This document shows, one piece after another, positions 22,291-35,212 of a stretch of DNA of 47,265 nt (position 1 is the stretch's first letter; every line of letters starts with the position of its first letter). This stretch comes from Toensbergia leucococca (Eukaryota). The position numbers and the translations under genes are program-made. The notes beneath the pieces were generated by a model, which was not told the DNA's origin, did not search any database, and worked only from the letters and a program-made list of their open reading frames with translations. The stretch covers positions 1 to 47,265 of the forward strand of contig JALDZS010000180.1 of assembly GCA_022813965.1 (NCBI GenBank), given 5' to 3'.

Positions 22291-25200
22291 CTAATTAAGC
22301 GACCCGAGAAACTTCCTTCCCAGAAGTAGGACGCTCTTTTTACGAGGGCTATCAACACAATTTAGTTGGGCTGGTGTAGAGAGGATGATATTATCGGGAC
22401 GGAAGAACGTACCTTTCCTCTGCATCATTGCTTGGAGTTTCCTTGCGTTGGGGCTTTTGGCCGTCAGATGTGAATCGGCGAGTGAAGGCGTTGTGCTTTA
22501 TGGGCTGCGTCTGTACATTTATCAGTGTGGGAACGGTAACTTAAAGGCATAGAGCATACGGTATCGTCTCCCTCAGCTTCCGACTCCGGGATCGATGGTG
22601 GCTCAGAATTGTACATGCCGTTACCCAATACCGAACTCCTTACACTCGAAGCAAAGGACTCGGATCTGGTGATCTGATGGCTGGGATCGAACGAGACAGA
22701 TCGTCGAAGAGGCGATTTGAGATCTTCAATTGGACTTTGGTCAGTGGCGCTACTGGTATCAGTGATTGTAGAGTTTCGAAGGCTGTTGGCGCTGGGTAGA
22801 ATGGTGGAGGATGTGGCTTGCTCTCGTAGACGGCTTGTCTGATACTTGCCTGGACGGTGATGTGAGAGCTTGTTGCCGATGATAGCGCCAGTATGAGAGA
22901 TGAGCGCCTTGATGACATCCTTCTTGAGCCTCAATGCCAGGTCTAGATTAGACCATGTTTTATTTCGATATTCCAACACTGGCATACGAAAGACAAAATT
23001 GTGCACATCCTCGATATTCCGCTCACCACGGCCTTTGTAGCTCAGGCAAAGCACCACGCTCGGGATCCTGACATAGGCAAGAGTCATATAATTAGAGGCC
23101 CTAGATATCATCTGGGTGAGATCGTCAGAGGCTTTATCTTTTTCAACTGTATTGTCTCGGCTAGACGTGCGGTGAAGTGCAAACTTCTTGGGCTTGTCCG
23201 ATGAGCCGTTCATGACCGAGAGACTCGTTGTGGATGCCCGAGCGCTTCCTCGGAGGCTATCTTTTGAAGCCTTTTTGGACATTATTTTACCGGAGGGTAA
23301 TTTCGATGCCGGTTGCGACCTGTTAGAGTGCTGGAAGAACTTGAACCGATGAACCTCCCCGTTGCTGCCTGTGATACTGTTCTTCGCTTTACTCGACGCC
23401 GCGAGATTTTGCCGCGGATTGCCCTCAGGCAGGTGCAAAGTTGGTCGAAGTCGAAGCTCCAGAGACCCCGCTCGTGTTTCGGCAGGCTGTGCATCGCTCA
23501 AGCCAAGTCCGTATGTCTGTGACACGTCAATTACGCTGTTCTGATCATCCAGGTCCGAATCTTCGTCTTCAGCTTCCATAGTGTGTATAGGCTTTAACAT
23601 GAAAGGCGAAGATCCTCCGTTCTCGCCACCATTCTGTCCTGCGCCAGGGAAGATATACTCAAATAGCTTCTTGCCTACTTCCCTCTCCAGTCCGACTCTT
23701 AGTGGGAAAAGGTTGACTTCGAATTGATCTAGAACCGGAATTCCGGCGATAGCTTCCAGCATGTACCAATGGACCTTGAGCATCTTGATGTCTTGACTTT
23801 CAACTGCTGCTTTGCTATCTTCAAAATAAGGGGCAAGCATTTCGGGGTACAGGGCGTTTGGCAATAGGTTGAGTCCGTGGATCCGCTCGATCCCCATGGA
23901 ATTGTGATTAGAGCCATCACTGTTGTCCGTCCTATCATATGCAGCATTTCGCAACTGAATTTCCATTAGTGGCTCATTGCTTTTTCTCATCAGATGCCAC
24001 ACAATCTCAGAGGCCGAGAGGCGCCAACGGAGCACACCATTGGACTGTGAGGTCTGGGTGCGATCGTCGTTCTTACGCTGCGACGTAGTGATGGCTTTCA
24101 TCATGAAGAACAACTCGTCCTCGCAGCTCGTGAGATCCCGCTCGATAGATAGGCGATCCTGCCAACCCTGTCGGTCGAGGTATTTGGCATGTACCTGGAA
24201 GTGCGTCTTAATCTCTTCCAGTTGGCGTATCCGTTGCTGAAGGCTGACGATCGTTTCAGGCGAGCCTCTCAGGTCGCTGAAGTCAGAGGCTAGCATGATC
24301 TTCTCAAGCCTTTCGCTTCGGACCTTTTCTAACGGCTCGTTGTACAATAACAAATCGAGTACAATGACGTATATGGTATAATATTGAGCAGAGTCACAGA
24401 TGGCCCGGATATGAGGGAATTCAACCCAAAGTTGATCAATGCGGCTCTCCATGGTCTCTGGCGAAGGCGTTCCACCCGTTATCTCATCGTTGTATTTCAA
24501 TCGCAGATTGTTGTACTTATCGTAACGTAAACTTGCAGATGTCCTTCGTACCACCCTGGAGAACCCAAGTGGATCGAGTTCGAAATCAAAGTTGATCTCC
24601 GGTGGTACCCACGGTGGCCAGGCGGAGCCCTTGGGGGAACCATAACGGTTTGCAGAGTACAGGTGGAGAAATTGCGTAAAGGTCTTCTGATTGGTGACGA
24701 AGAATTGCACACTATCCATGTCCAGAGAGAACCGACGCTGTACTAGCCCACTAACATCGTCCGTAATACGGTCCTTGTCCATGATCTGGATCACCTTAAG
24801 CTGCATACCTTTAGCAGTCACCAACAGAACCGATTTCGAATTCTTTTCGCTTTGCAGCTGGATTTGTGGCGCGATAAGGCGGACATAGTAGCTGTTCTTC
24901 GGTGTGAACTCTTCTGAGATGTCCTTGCTTAGACTATCTGCGCTCGGCTTTGGCTGGCTGTCCGGGAGGTCAGTAGCATCAGCATTGACAAATTTCTTTC
25001 CGTCGTTGAGAAGTTCCTGTATACGATCTTCGACACTGGTTCCGTCAATAATCGGACTCTCTGGCGCAACAGCTGCCGATGGCGCTGGTGAAGGTGTGCT
25101 TTGCTCCTGATTGTCAGACTTCTTCTGCTTAATTTTACTTTGTTCGTCTACGATGTCTAGAATGAATTTTACGGCTTTTCTTGACATGTAATACACAAAG

Positions 25201-28200
25201 CCTCTCCGCTGGCTAACTTGGTGGACATAACGCAGGATGATGTTCCGAAGAGAGTTATTCCATTTAAGTTGTACGTTGTGTATAATGAAGCGGTTGTTGA
25301 AATCGTTGACAAAGTCAGCGAAATGTGCCGACTCGATATCTTCGGGCCCAGCATCAGAGGTTGTGTCCGATGAGCTGCTGGTGTCTCCGTTTTGGGCAGC
25401 TGTGGGGTTCTCCTTCTCGATTAGGCGGGTATATCGTCGGAGTGTCGATTGCAGAAATCGCTTCTTGCTGTCAAGAACCCTGCTTTGGTGGCTAAGGATC
25501 TCGAAATGATCCTTGAGACTCCCATCTCGATTCCCATCTCGAGTCACACGGAGCTCTTGCTCGCCAAGAACTCGTCTATGCGTTTCTATCTGCTCTTCCA
25601 CTTTCACCAGGCGTTCTTTTACTAGCTCGCATTGCACTTTTCGCGGATCATTATCTTGTGACATGATACAGAAATGTGTCAGCTCGTTACCAAAAGGGCT
25701 GGTCCTGCTGCTGTCTTTAGACGTCATCCCTTGATGATCAGTTTCTCGGAAATAGGTGAAACGTGGGGCAAACGCCAGAGGCATGATCTTGGTCTCTGGA
25801 TTAGATTCTGCTGGTAGAATCCAGTCAAGCTCGACAAAATCGTCCATATCAATCCAGCTGAAATCGTTGTCCGGGATAGTAAAACGTGACATATCAACCG
25901 ATGTTGAGGGTTGCTGGTACGATACCAGATCTTCGTCTGTCGCACGTTTTAGGTCCTCGGCTGTAGTTCCGGCGATGCTGGCAGATACCGCCCGCATATC
26001 TGCGGAAATGAAGTCCAATTGGGCTTTATTGATTCGCATGCCGCTTGTCTTAGGTTGTTTCAGGCGGCCTTTTCCTTGGGTCGCAAACTCTTCCCGGCGC
26101 TGATGCAGGTCCAGCATGAAGCTATCAATCCGAAGTTTTAGCCCGGTGGCAGAAACGACGTCCTCCGAGTAGTCTTCGGCGTCTTTGTGCTTGTATATGT
26201 GGGCGATGAAAAGGGGCGAAAAGAGCAGATTGTATTTGATGGTTGCGAGATGACGTCCAAACTTTTTGCTGGATTTCTCAACGCCGGGAAAGAGTTTCCC
26301 CTGTCGAATGGGCAACGACATGGCTCCAGAAAACATGGACCACCAATTCAAAAAATGCGTGAAGAATCGAGGACTCAAGTGTACAGTGTTGTAGCTTGCA
26401 GATGGCCTAAGATTTGTCACGGACCAGTCACGATCAAGGGGTGCAACGACGGCAATAGACATGTGGATATGATGGCTGCGGAATCCTCTGAAAGCATCGT
26501 AATCCTAGAAGGCTGTTAGCATGTCTCCTCTACAAGGATTTTCTACTAAATCACCTGTCCATTTGATGCCCTCGCATGATCAGGATTTTTCAGAGTCACT
26601 TTGTAATGCGGAATGAAGTCGAATGATCGGCCTCCTCGATCATCGTCTCTCTCAAATACCAGTCCTGCGAGCCAACGCACATTACCTGAGAGCTTCATGA
26701 TCACTTTCTTGAATATCGCACTGTTTTTATGACTGCTTGTACTAGATATGCTTTGACCGTCTTGCCCCGATTCGGCGCTCGCCTCACGGGCTTGATGGCT
26801 ATAGTCTGGGATTGCCAGGACGTATTCTCCACTGTTGACTGTCATGAACTCCTTTGGATCGTCATCTTCATGTATACCCCAGCGCACATTGTTTCGCCAG
26901 CACATTACAAACCCTGCTCCATGCCCAGTCACAACATATGGATCGCGAGCACCTTCAAGTCCTATTAGTCTTGAGATGGCAAATCAAAGAACCTCACGTA
27001 CCTTTGAGCTTGAGATGGACGTCTCCGTCGCCTTTCCAAGCAACGTTGACTCGCCCGTGTGCACTCAGTCGGATTTTATCCCAGAAACCTGCTCGATCTG
27101 ATAGGTCAACCTGTGGCTTTGTGAAGCCCTCGATGATCATCATGATGTCTTGAATGGCAGGTTGATACGAGGTGCCCCAAGTTATGCTTGTAGGACCACT
27201 CGTGTTGACGACAATGTGTATGTCCGAATAAGTTTTCACTGGAGAGACGGTTCTGCGAACGTCAATAGCAAAGCCTCTCTTGATTTTAGAATCCGAGAAC
27301 TTTCTGGCCGGAACGACCTCAACCTTTACATGCTTGATAGATTCGTAGCCCTGAAATTCCTCACCGATGACGAAATCAGTTTTCAATGACCAGCTGGGTA
27401 GGCGCGGCGACTGCCCCGGTCTAATTGCCGGCACATGAATTAGTGGTAAAGGATAGTCCCGCAGAGTAATACGAGCTTCTCCCATGTCAATCTGGAGACT
27501 GAGAGGAACGAGGAGAGAATATTTCATGTCATAAGGCATGCCCTTCCCAACTCTATGCAGAAACAGCGGATAGTCCTTGATCGGAAATGAAGGCTTATCG
27601 ATAACAACGTGAACGTCACAGATAACGGCTGACATGAGGCCTGGACGGTCAGGTAAAGCAATAATAGTTTCTGTCACTCCTTCCTCTGATGGAAATTCGC
27701 TGGTGCCCCAGAACATACCCCGTATCTCTCTCATGGCGTGTTTTTGGTGCAGTATTACTGAGTCAATTCTCTTCTTCCAGCTCTGAGCATTGTATTCTTG
27801 TAATCTGTGCCATGCATCTTCTGTACAGATCTTAGCAGAACCGGTCAGCCCACATACACCGTCAGGATCGTACCGCATCCGGCGACCTCGACCGTTGGAG
27901 CGAGGTGAAGAACGCCTGCGCGGTCGAGGTTCGGCGCTTGCACTTCGCTCTCCAGTGTCAGTCAATGGCGAACGCTTTCTTCTGCCTCGCTCATTTGGGT
28001 GACTTGACTGGGTGCGATAACGAGACGTGCCTCTGCGTTGTTGACATTCGTGGAACTTCCTCATCTTGACACTGAAAGCTTCCTCGCGCGCACGCCGTTG
28101 CTTCTGCTCAATTAGGCCGACACGGTAGATGGTACCAAGTTTCCAATCAAATGGACTATCTTCGAGCTCAAATTGTATCGCTTTGCTACGAATGGATACT

Positions 28201-31200
28201 CTGGGCACTTTCTTTGGACCCTCTGGCCCTTTGTTGAGAATGTATTCATTGGTTCCGGTCCGAAAACGATGATGCAGCTGTTCGGTGGCCTTTGCAACGT
28301 TTGCGAGATTATCGACAATCTTGTGAAGAACTAGCTGATGAGGTATTGCGATTTTGACGAATTCGGTAGACACATCAATAGAATGTTCATCCGTAAAGGC
28401 TTTCCCGTGTTTCCTCCTGCTTTCACGTAGGTCGACACGACATTCCTTGATACTGACTAGCCTAGTCCAGGCAGATTTGACCTGCGGGGCACGGGCATAC
28501 AACCGTATGAAGCTCGCCTTTGCAAAAGGCACCGCCCATCTATGTCTTCCGGCTTCCAAGCTGTGCACATGAAGCATCATTGGCGGGTCTGCCGGCAATG
28601 TTGCCTTTACCTGAAGCAACGCCGCCTTGATATCGATCGTGAATAGTTCAGGCGAGCCTGGCCGATCTTGCGTATTTGCATTCCTCGGATCATTGAAGGC
28701 AAGATGGTCATCAATTTCAGGCTTGGAAGATGGCGTATTGTTGACTCTGTCGGTGCTGACCAATGCCTTCTTGATGACCATGGTGGCGACTCCGAACGCA
28801 TAATACCGATATAGCGAAACATGGAGGTACAATGCTTTTATGTGTGAATTAAGGTGGAAGATTGGCCCGCGCGAGTCGCTTGACGTAGAAAAGGCAATCT
28901 CGAAACGGGGTAGAGAAATGAAAGACTCCGGCTCCCATATGTCAATTCCGTCCATCACAAACCCCTCAAAGCCTCGTATATGGATGGCTAAACGCCTACC
29001 GTCTGTGGAATCGGAGCCTTCCTTTGGTGAAGGGGGTGGAGCTATTACTTTAATGATTGGCTCGTCTATTGCACCGGGTTTGGCAATAGCTTGATGTTTC
29101 GATGATCGTCTCTCGACAGTTGCTGACCTCTGAATCTTGTACTCTGCAGTCCAAGATTCAAGCCGGAGTGCTATGCCACGGGTGTCTTCGGAGACTTCCT
29201 GGTCTACGCCGGCCACTTCTACCATGAAGTCAGACCCTTGGAACTGTAATTGGGTGAGCCAGGGGGGTAACGGCCTCAAGAAGTCTGGGTCTTTGGTCGA
29301 TTTCCTCTTCTCTATGTGAGCGTCTTTGCTATCGTTTCTCATATGCTGGACTATCTGCTGTAATCCAGCGCTGATTTCAGGGCGGACCATATGAAGCGAA
29401 AAGGTCTGTATATTTCCTGTCAAAGCAACACAGACCTCAGGAGACGCGTTGAGTTGCACCTTAAGCTCAAGGGCTTCGTTAAGCAAGAGGTTATGTCGTT
29501 CTCCAGATGCATTCTGGTAATAGAGGTGGTGCGAAGATATCCGTAGGTTGGAATCCAATGCATAGTGCAATTCGCCCGCAGAAGAATGTGATGACTCGAC
29601 ATCAATTGCTATAGAGGAAATAGAAGATATGAGGAGGTCGTATTCGTCAGTGCCCTTCAACGCAGGGTCCATTGCTGGAAGTGTAACTCTAACGACTGGC
29701 TCATGCACGGAGAATTTGATGTTTGCCTTTGGCAGAAGCCTCGATATGAGATGATGACGGTGGGTTTGACGCACTTGAGGCCTGAAAGACGACTCCGGGC
29801 GGCCCCGTAGAAGCGTAAGGATAAGAGGCAAGTGTTTGGGATCAAGATCAAGAGATGGAGAGGTCAGAACGTGATTTGCGAACAGAATATTAGCATTCCT
29901 CTCAGCTGCGTTCTTGTCCTCCGAGATAGCCAGTGTTTTGGAAGGTAAAGTCGTCTTGATGGTAGTAGTCGCCATCGGAATATAGAGTAGTCTATCTGGC
30001 TTCCCCTTGCCGTCATCTACACTGACTGCAATGGATATGGCAGCAAGCAATGCCTGATGGGCAATATCCTTGGGTGAGAAATACATGCGATGGGCTGGAC
30101 TTTTAGGATCCAAGCGGTGCATATCTATTCCGAACTCATTCATTGCGATATTCAGATACATGGGAGATCCTGGGGGACCAACCGACCGAACCTCCTTCGA
30201 CATCCCCACAGAGGTTATTGTGAATTGAATTTCCTGAACACCGCGTAAGATCGAGCTCACAAACTCCTTCGAGTCTGATACGGTCTGTACAATGTTGGCC
30301 TCTCGGCTGCCAGGCATATCCAATTCTTCCATGACATCTGTGAGCGAGATATCTGCTTCCTGTGCCTCACTCCCATCTTGAGCGTTCCGATAATTTTCGA
30401 TGCGCTTTTGACAAGTAAGCAAATCATCGTACGGTATATGCACACGGCCGAGCTTCAAATATATTGAAGCATCTCGAAGACCTGCCAAGTCCTTGTAGAG
30501 CAAGCCGTGAATGTTGAGACCACAAATGTCAATCACTTCCAGCGATTCTTTGCCCTCTGGCGTGAAAAGCACGCTTTTCATATGAAACTTCCATTCTGCT
30601 GGGCGCCGATCGCCTGGTAGCGACTTCTTATGCTGAAAAAGCCGGCTTCGATCCACCGTCTTGCGTCTTGTGTCCACTGCGATGTTCAAAGATCCTACCT
30701 GTACATGACAAATATCCGTGAGAACCAAATGAGAGTCGACAGCTACGACGTCGACCATACGCAGCCAATTGATTTTCTCGTGCAATCGCTTGATCCTTTC
30801 TTTCAGCTGTGTTAACCTCTTCCAGGTCCTACTTCGGTGGGGGCCCGAGCTTGATCGTCTGAAAATGGGTCTTGGCGACGTTGGAGAGCCATTTTCCTTG
30901 TACTTTGACGCGTTTGTATGCCTGTTCTGACTTCCCATGGGGTGTGTTCGTCCCCCTCCACCTCCTTCGTCCAAGCTTTTGACATCAACCGTCACTTTCA
31001 GTTCTGTCAACCTTAAACTAACCCATGTTGGCTGTGCGAAAGTTGGACGATGTAGGTGAAGACCAAGCCCTCTTAAATCTATCCGTATGCCATCTCTTGG
31101 TGTGTATGCAATATGGCGCAATGAAAGGTATCCTATTCGTTGGATTGAGATACCTGTAGCTATGCGGATAATAGCAAAGGCGACAAAGGAGATGAGATAC

Positions 31201-31247
31201 AGGACCAAGATGACCCCTAAGACAAAGGTCGGATTGAGGAGACTCAT
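22291..31247 (-). CDS. FMP27: FMP27/Hobbit (BLTP2/KIAA0100 family) bridge-like lipid transfer protein, 2914 aa, 5 exons (31247-27002, 26952-26555, 26504-22560, 22510-22413, 22348-22291)
   Basis: N-terminal TM anchor, AQSWK (SW), LRDYPLP and GFWDK, YDAFRGFRS, AWPPWVP (WPPW), and a C-terminal Apt1-like YRNKTWSNLDLALRLKKD. Four GT-AG introns; total 8745 nt in frame. Confidence 0.95.
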
Positions 31248-32250
31248 GATTGATCAGCAACCATGCAATGTGTTGAGGACATTGCCCATCGGCAGCACCG
31301 GCGCCCTCGGAGCGGACGCCAGGCTCAGTCACTGAGACAGAGAGATGTGTGACAGAGGCGTGAGTAACATTGGCGCAAGACGTAAAGTGGATGGGCCGCA
31401 AAAATCGAAAAACAGTCTTGTCTCATGCATGTCGATTTGCCATGTCCATCAGTAAGTGGAGCAAATCTTACGAGACGTTGAACCTTAGATGCAGCTAGCG
31501 CCACATTCCGATAAGATCAACGTTACTGCATAGAATAAGGCTGAGAGAAAGGATGATTCTCATTCTCACGTGTCCTAAGTCGACACTGTCCCACCACCTC
31601 GTACAAGTACATCTATGAAACCACCCATCTACATACCTTATATAGTAGAGCCACGCCTGCTCAGTCAAACATAAATGACCTTGGCGGAGCCAATGCGATG
31701 CAACGACAAGGCCTACATGATTTGATGTACTCTGGCATTCTGTGTTTTTTTGCTCTCATACCGCATACAGAAGTAAGATACGAACAATTCTGCTATTGCG
31801 TTAATGTAATATTGAAGAGGATCTTCATATGTTCTACAGCATGCTGCGACTCGGTTGACTTGATGTTAATTATTTCTATTTTGTGGCAGACTATCGCCTT
31901 CCTATCGAGCCTATCTAACACTGATGGCAACCACGCAGCATGAGTATTGAGTACTAATTCTTTGCATCTTCTACTTTGTCCTGTTTGCCTCATGGAACTC
32001 GGAGAAGCGATTTATAGGAAGAATGACAGGAGCGAGAGCGTGAAAGCAACTCATTTCATCTCAAAACACAGCAAAGTCTTGCCATGACTTGTTGGATCTT
32101 ATAACTCTACATTGAGCTCGACATTGGCTAATCCATTGTCATCATGATGCGCTAACCATATGTTGATCCCCAAATCCCCTAGTTTCTGAATTGAGAGTCA
32201 AGAACGCAAGATATATACAACATTGCGTCTCCAAAGAAAACACAATTATC

Positions 32251-34017
32251 TCACGTTATACAAAGTGGATCTGAAAATCCATGTGTCCACTTCAAGCTTC
32301 CCATGATGACCACCAAAAATCCTGTGGCAACACCGATGCTTGCACCCCCATATGTGTACGCATGCCTCCTCCGCAGACCCCTTAATTCTGCTATCCACGT
32401 ACTAACGGTCGTCAAAGTGCCACAGAACCCGTCCATTACCCCTTGCAAAACCTGACACCCACTCATCCCTCCGCCAATCACACCTCCGCTCAATGGCGCA
32501 TGCTGGAGACTGTAACACGTTCCCTGTACTACCGTCCCAAGGATATTGGCCGCAAAGGTCCCTAGTGGGAAAGCAGATATCCTACCATTCAGGTATAGTG
32601 ACAAGTAGAAACGAAGTAGGCATCCTGGCGGTGCTAGAACAAGTGAAAAAAGTGCTTGTCCTCTCCAGGTCTCCTGCGCCCAACTCCCCCGACCGCTAGG
32701 CCCACCAGGCCGATCTGGTGGCCAGATTGCCATGACGATGGCGCCGAACCAGCAGCCCCAAGCCACGATTACCATACTGCGGTCCACAAATTTGCGAGCA
32801 AAGATGAACGGTATGGAAGGGGTTATAGGTTCAAGAGCGAGGGCTAAGTGGGCCCCAAATTGAAAAGCTGAGAGACACAGACAGATCGTCAAAATAAGGA
32901 CAGCCAGAATCGCCATGAAGCTATAGCCACCATTACGAGGGACAGTAGACAAGGTGTCAATAGGAGTGGAGGAAGTGTGAGAAACGGGAACAGGGAGTGA
33001 GTTAGAAAGGGCCAAGAAGGCGTCCCGTATAAAGGAGGAGAACGAGGTGAAAGAGCCGCAAAAGCCGGTTGCAAGGCCAATGTAGAGCGGTATAGTCTTC
33101 TTGACCGTGGCATGCTGCTTCTTCGCTTCATCTGGATGAATGTCGGATTTTGGGTTCTTATCTTGCGCGACACCGTGCTCTTCGTCTTGTCGTTTCTCAT
33201 GATCATCGCTGTGCGAAGCATTTCCCCATTCTTCACGAAAGAGATTGCGGTCCTCAGAAAGAAAGCCCATAAACAACGTTCCTCCGAAATTAGCCCACAG
33301 GACTCCTATTTGTACAGGAGCACCGGGATAGAACGTCAGTGCCTGAACACCAAGGCGAGCGAGGGTACCTATGATAGAGAAGAAGATCAAGTAAGAAATA
33401 GTGTAGAGCTTAGTGGCGAACTGGGAGGCTCGTTCGTGCCGCGGAAGCGCTTTGCTCTTCGCTATACCCCCTATTGCTGACTCAGTTGACGAGGGTTGTG
33501 GCGACACATCTCCATCTGCGGGCTGAGGAGTAGCTGATGTTTTGATGTTGCCATCTTCATCCTCTCTTTGTCTCCGCTTCCTCTGGGGACCTCGAGTCTG
33601 ATGCCTTTCCAGATCGTCATTTTCCTTCCATCGATTGCCTGCATCGTAATCTCTTTCATCTTCCAGAGACTGATGGTGATGTACGTGGCATTCGTCGGGG
33701 TTTTCTACAGGAAGCGGGCCTTCTAGTTCGTCGAGATTGTCGTAGTTGTCTGGGAGAGTGTATTCCTCGTTCGATCTAACTGTGTTACTCTGTCTTCGCC
33801 TCCGTTCGCTCTGGGAACCTTGAGATTGTTGCCTCTCCAAGCCAACATCCCCCCTATCTTTCGATTGTCTGTTTACATCGTTGTCCCTTTCTTCCTCTAA
33901 AGACTCATGGTGATATATGTGGCGTTCGTCGGGATTCTCCACAGGAGGCGGACCTTCTAATTCGTCGAGATTATCGTAGTTATCTGGAAGGGTATATGTT
34001 TCCTCTTTCGATCCCAT
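32251..34017 (-). CDS. FEX1: FEX-type fluoride exporter (two fused Fluc/CrcB domains) with long acidic N-terminus, 588 aa, intronless
   Basis: Domain 1: GTLARL, WANFGG, GFCGSFTSFSSF. Domain 2: GCLLRF, PLGTFAANILG, GFCGTLTTVSTW. First ATG at 34017 (MGSKEETY). Confidence 0.92.
   Translation of the reverse strand: MGSKEETYTLPDNYDNLDELEGPPPVENPDERHIYHHESLEEERDNDVNRQSKDRGDVGLERQQSQGSQSERRRRQSNTVRSNEEYTLPDNYDNLDELEGPLPVENPDECHVHHHQSLEDERDYDAGNRWKENDDLERHQTRGPQRKRRQREDEDGNIKTSATPQPADGDVSPQPSSTESAIGGIAKSKALPRHERASQFATKLYTISYLIFFSIIGTLARLGVQALTFYPGAPVQIGVLWANFGGTLFMGFLSEDRNLFREEWGNASHSDDHEKRQDEEHGVAQDKNPKSDIHPDEAKKQHATVKKTIPLYIGLATGFCGSFTSFSSFIRDAFLALSNSLPVPVSHTSSTPIDTLSTVPRNGGYSFMAILAVLILTICLCLSAFQFGAHLALALEPITPSIPFIFARKFVDRSMVIVAWGCWFGAIVMAIWPPDRPGGPSGRGSWAQETWRGQALFSLVLAPPGCLLRFYLSLYLNGRISAFPLGTFAANILGTVVQGTCYSLQHAPLSGGVIGGGMSGCQVLQGVMDGFCGTLTTVSTWIAELRGLRRRHAYTYGGASIGVATGFLVVIMGSLKWTHGFSDPLCIT
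33560..34005 (-). repeat. Intragenic tandem duplication (234-nt/78-aa period) in the FEX N-terminus
   Basis: YTLPDNYDNLDELEGP[P/L]PVENPDE..H..HH.SLE.ERD.D occurs twice; core copies at 33949-33996 and 33715-33762. Confidence 0.95.
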
Positions 34018-34323
34018 TGTAGTACTTTGAGCACAAGTTCCTTTCAACGCTCTGATTCCGGACAGCGGATAGACACTGGAACATGACTGCCACAACCCTC
34101 CGCGATACACACTATTTGAACTTGGAGGGTCCCTCGGTCCGGAGGATGGTCCGGAGAACACTACGTAGAATAGAGGGCTGTTGACGACGTCACATTCGGC
34201 CCAATGTCACGGTCCAACTTTGTTTACTAGGGTACGTAAGGTACGGAGTATCATTCCACACTTTACTTCATGCATATTGGAGAGCCAGACCTTACTTTAC
34301 CTGGCCACAAGCCATATCCAACA

Positions 34324-35212
34324 ATGGCGTCTTCCCAGTCCCTACCTTCCAACGTCCACCTCTCCACCCACCCATGCCTACGCGCCAAATTGTCCCAACT
34401 GCGCTCTAAAGATGCCAATCCCCGCGAGACGAAAGCGCTGGTTCACGAGATAGCCTTGATACTTGGATGTGAGGCGCTAGCCACGGGTCTCCATGTAATT
34501 CCAACGGGTATGGTGAGCTTCTCATAATAGACTCTCTACCCTGCGTGTCCAGAAATCATGGAGATCAATCTACTAACACGTGCTATTCCTACCATCAAGC
34601 ATGAAACCCCTCTCGGCCTCAGCTACACTACAGAAGACATCTCTTCACGTCTCGCCCTTGTGCCGATCCTCCGCTCCGGACTGGCCATGCTAGAAGGTGG
34701 GTTTCTCATCTTCTATATATTCCTAGAACAGCATTTTCTAACACAACCCAGCTCTTCAAATTCTTCTCCCATCCCCCGTCCCAGTCCATCATCTTGGCCT
34801 CTTCCGCGAACCTTCAACCCTCCAACCAGTCGAATACTACAACAATCTCCCTTACCACCGTCCATCCTCCCCCTCTACATCCGCAGCAGCCGACGTCGCA
34901 ATCCTCCTCGATCCGGTCATAGCAACCGGGGGCACCTCGGTCGCAGCTATTCAGACTTTGGCGGAATGGGGGGTAAAGAAGGTGATTTTGATAAGTGTTC
35001 TAGGGAGTGAGGAGGGAGTAAGAAAGGCGGCGGAGGAGTGGAGGGAAGGGGTAGAGATCTGGGTTGGTGGTCTGGACAAAGAGTGCAATAACAGAGGGAT
35101 GATCACGCCTGGGGTGGGGGATGTTGGGGATCGGTAAGCTGTTCCCGCTGACCTTACCTATCTTCAGAAGCTAACTGAGATACCTAGATTGTTCTTGACC
35201 ATTGGAAAATGA
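34324..35212 (+). CDS. Uracil phosphoribosyltransferase family protein, 230 aa, 4 exons (34324-34512, 34600-34696, 34752-35133, 35188-35212)
   Basis: HPCLRAKLSQLR, LVPILRSGLAM, HLGLFRE..TLQPVEYYNNLP, PRPP loop LLDPVIATGGT, ITPGVGDVGDRLF. Symbol withheld because fungi carry several UPRT paralogs. Confidence 0.93.

Noticed and set aside
34018..34161. 48-codon in-frame GTG-initiated extension of FEX in the ORF track
   Set aside because: Non-ATG start reaching into a 306-bp divergent promoter; the ATG at 34017 has a good context (ACAATGG).
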